From an uncultured Bacteroidota bacterium (GTDB lineage Bacteria; Bacteroidota; Bacteroidia; Chitinophagales; Chitinophagaceae), in assembly GCA_963746915.1 (NCBI GenBank), contig CAVVDD010000011.1:34834-98833 (forward strand): 64,000 nt of DNA. The letters are read 5' to 3'. Both the position numbers and the translations under genes were made by a program. Each line of letters opens with the position of its first letter. The first letter of the stretch is position 1. Of the stretch, positions 63,222 to 64,000 are shown piece by piece. Below the pieces are notes generated by a model. The model had not been told where the DNA came from. It saw nothing but the letters and a program-made list of their open reading frames with translations, and made no database searches.

Positions 63222-64000
63222 TCACGGTGTTACACAGTGATCTCTTTGTGTTTCTCTGCCTTTGTGTCTCTGTGGTTCAAAAAAATCTTCTTTCACAAGT
63301 TTCATATATGCTACTTGTATCTTTCTTCAAACACTATCATTCCAGTTCAATGGAAACTTATATCATCCAAACTTTCCCATCCAATCACTTCTGCTGCTGT
63401 ACCGCAGAAAAAAGCAGCATCTGCTTTTTTCAATTCGTCAATAGTAAATAATTTTTCTTCAACCGGTATATTCTAATTCATTACATAATTCAATCACTGT
63501 TGCTCTTGTAATTCCCGGTAAAATATTTCCTAATGCAGGAGTAAATAGTTTTCCATCTTTTTCATAAAACACATTTGCACCCGGTACCTTCTGCAACATA
63601 ATCATTCATATCAGTAACAATGCTTCATCAAATCCATTTGCTTTTGCTTCCTGGCTGGCAAGTAATAGAATTTACATAATGACCAGCTGCTTTTGCATGA
63701 ATCTTAAATCCTTTTGGATTCGGACGTTGAAATGAAGAAGTCATTACCCTCAATAATTTTTCACCAAGGAAAGGTTGCATTTCCCATGCTTCAATTACGA
63801 TAAATGATTCATTCATTCACATCAAAACTCATATTGGCAGGAGCATAAACAACCGGACGGATATAAGCATCCTGCAGATTATTTCTTTTCAATACTTCAT
63901 AGGTGGCATCAATCAATTCTTCTGTTGTCCAATGATAAGGCATATTCAATGCATCAGCAGATTGCTTCAGCCGGTCATAATGTTCAACTGCTTTGAATAT
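63222..64000 (-). pseudogene. ilvE: branched-chain amino-acid aminotransferase (class IV), partial at the window edge, at least 3 frameshifts; 3' end uncertain (63222-63279)
   Basis: My reading: IFKAVEHYDRLKQSADALNMPYHW.../ESFIVIEAWEMQPFLGEKLLRVMTSSFQRPNP...AKAAGHYVNS/.../ALLLDMNDYVAEGTGANVFYEKDGKLFTPALGNILPGITRATVIEL.../FFCGTAAEVIGWESLD. Confidence 0.7.

Noticed and set aside
63014-63451. 145-aa (and overlapping 99-aa, 60-aa) plus-strand ORFs
   Set aside because: They span the ilvD start, the repeat-filled ilvE-ilvD spacer and the antisense of ilvE. The Cys/Ser/Phe-rich low-complexity translation derives from the repeat elements.
55836-64000. Programmed ribosomal frameshifting or an alternative genetic code as the explanation for the broken ilv genes
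   Set aside because: The shifts go in both directions, occur at many unrelated sequence contexts and are absent from neighbouring genes. Stop-codon usage is otherwise standard.
1-64000. Mobile elements or genomic island boundaries
   Set aside because: No transposase, integrase, tRNA attachment site or long direct repeats were seen. Only short REP-like repeats and gene remnants are present.

Overview
AT-rich chromosomal segment that I assign to a Bacteroidota bacterium. The evidence is several type IX secretion (T9SS) C-terminal sorting domains, signal peptides ending in AQ, FISUMP and MORN-variant proteins, and ECF sigma factors. A finer guess of Chitinophagia/Sphingobacteriia-like is inference only.

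There are roughly 55 protein genes. I found no rRNA, tRNA, CRISPR array, transposase, integrase, phage gene or recognisable defence gene.

Layout:
- 1-28 kb: envelope and secreted proteins. These include a DUF3667 zinc-ribbon protein, a FISUMP protein, a thioredoxin+MORN protein, an MscS/MscK channel, a SYLF protein, T9SS cargo, an AsmA-like protein, serine hydrolases, an ECF sigma pair, a large reprolysin-like T9SS metalloprotease, a YceI/HxlR pair, an S1/P1 nuclease and a histidine kinase.
- 29-41 kb: a periplasmic sugar-oxidation cluster (gluconate-DH subunit-3-like, GMC oxidoreductase, sugar-phosphate isomerase, Gfo/Idh/MocA), an S9 peptidase, an MBL hydrolase, a serine hydrolase and a 2-hydroxyacid dehydrogenase.
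- 41-55.6 kb: a minus-strand array of exported amide/amine-cleaving enzymes (ansB, aspA, glsA, an amidohydrolase) interleaved with porins and a DASS permease, followed by aguA/aguB.
- 55.8-64 kb: a minus-strand ilvE-ilvD-dinB-ilvB-ilvN-ilvC-ilvA operon.

The dominant oddity is that about 18 genes are broken by small indels, and the breaks are strongly clustered in blocks (notably 29.5-36.3 kb and 55.8-64 kb), while about 30 kb of other coding sequence is intact. I annotate these as single frameshifted genes (type pseudogene). The fragments are still highly conserved and show no substitution-type stops, so assembly indel error is at least as likely as real decay.

Intergenic spacers carry several families of short palindromic or repeated elements.

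I did not find a convincing new multi-gene defence or mobile system. The most interesting biological candidate is the porin-paired periplasmic amide-nitrogen scavenging locus, which includes an aspartase that appears to carry a signal peptide.
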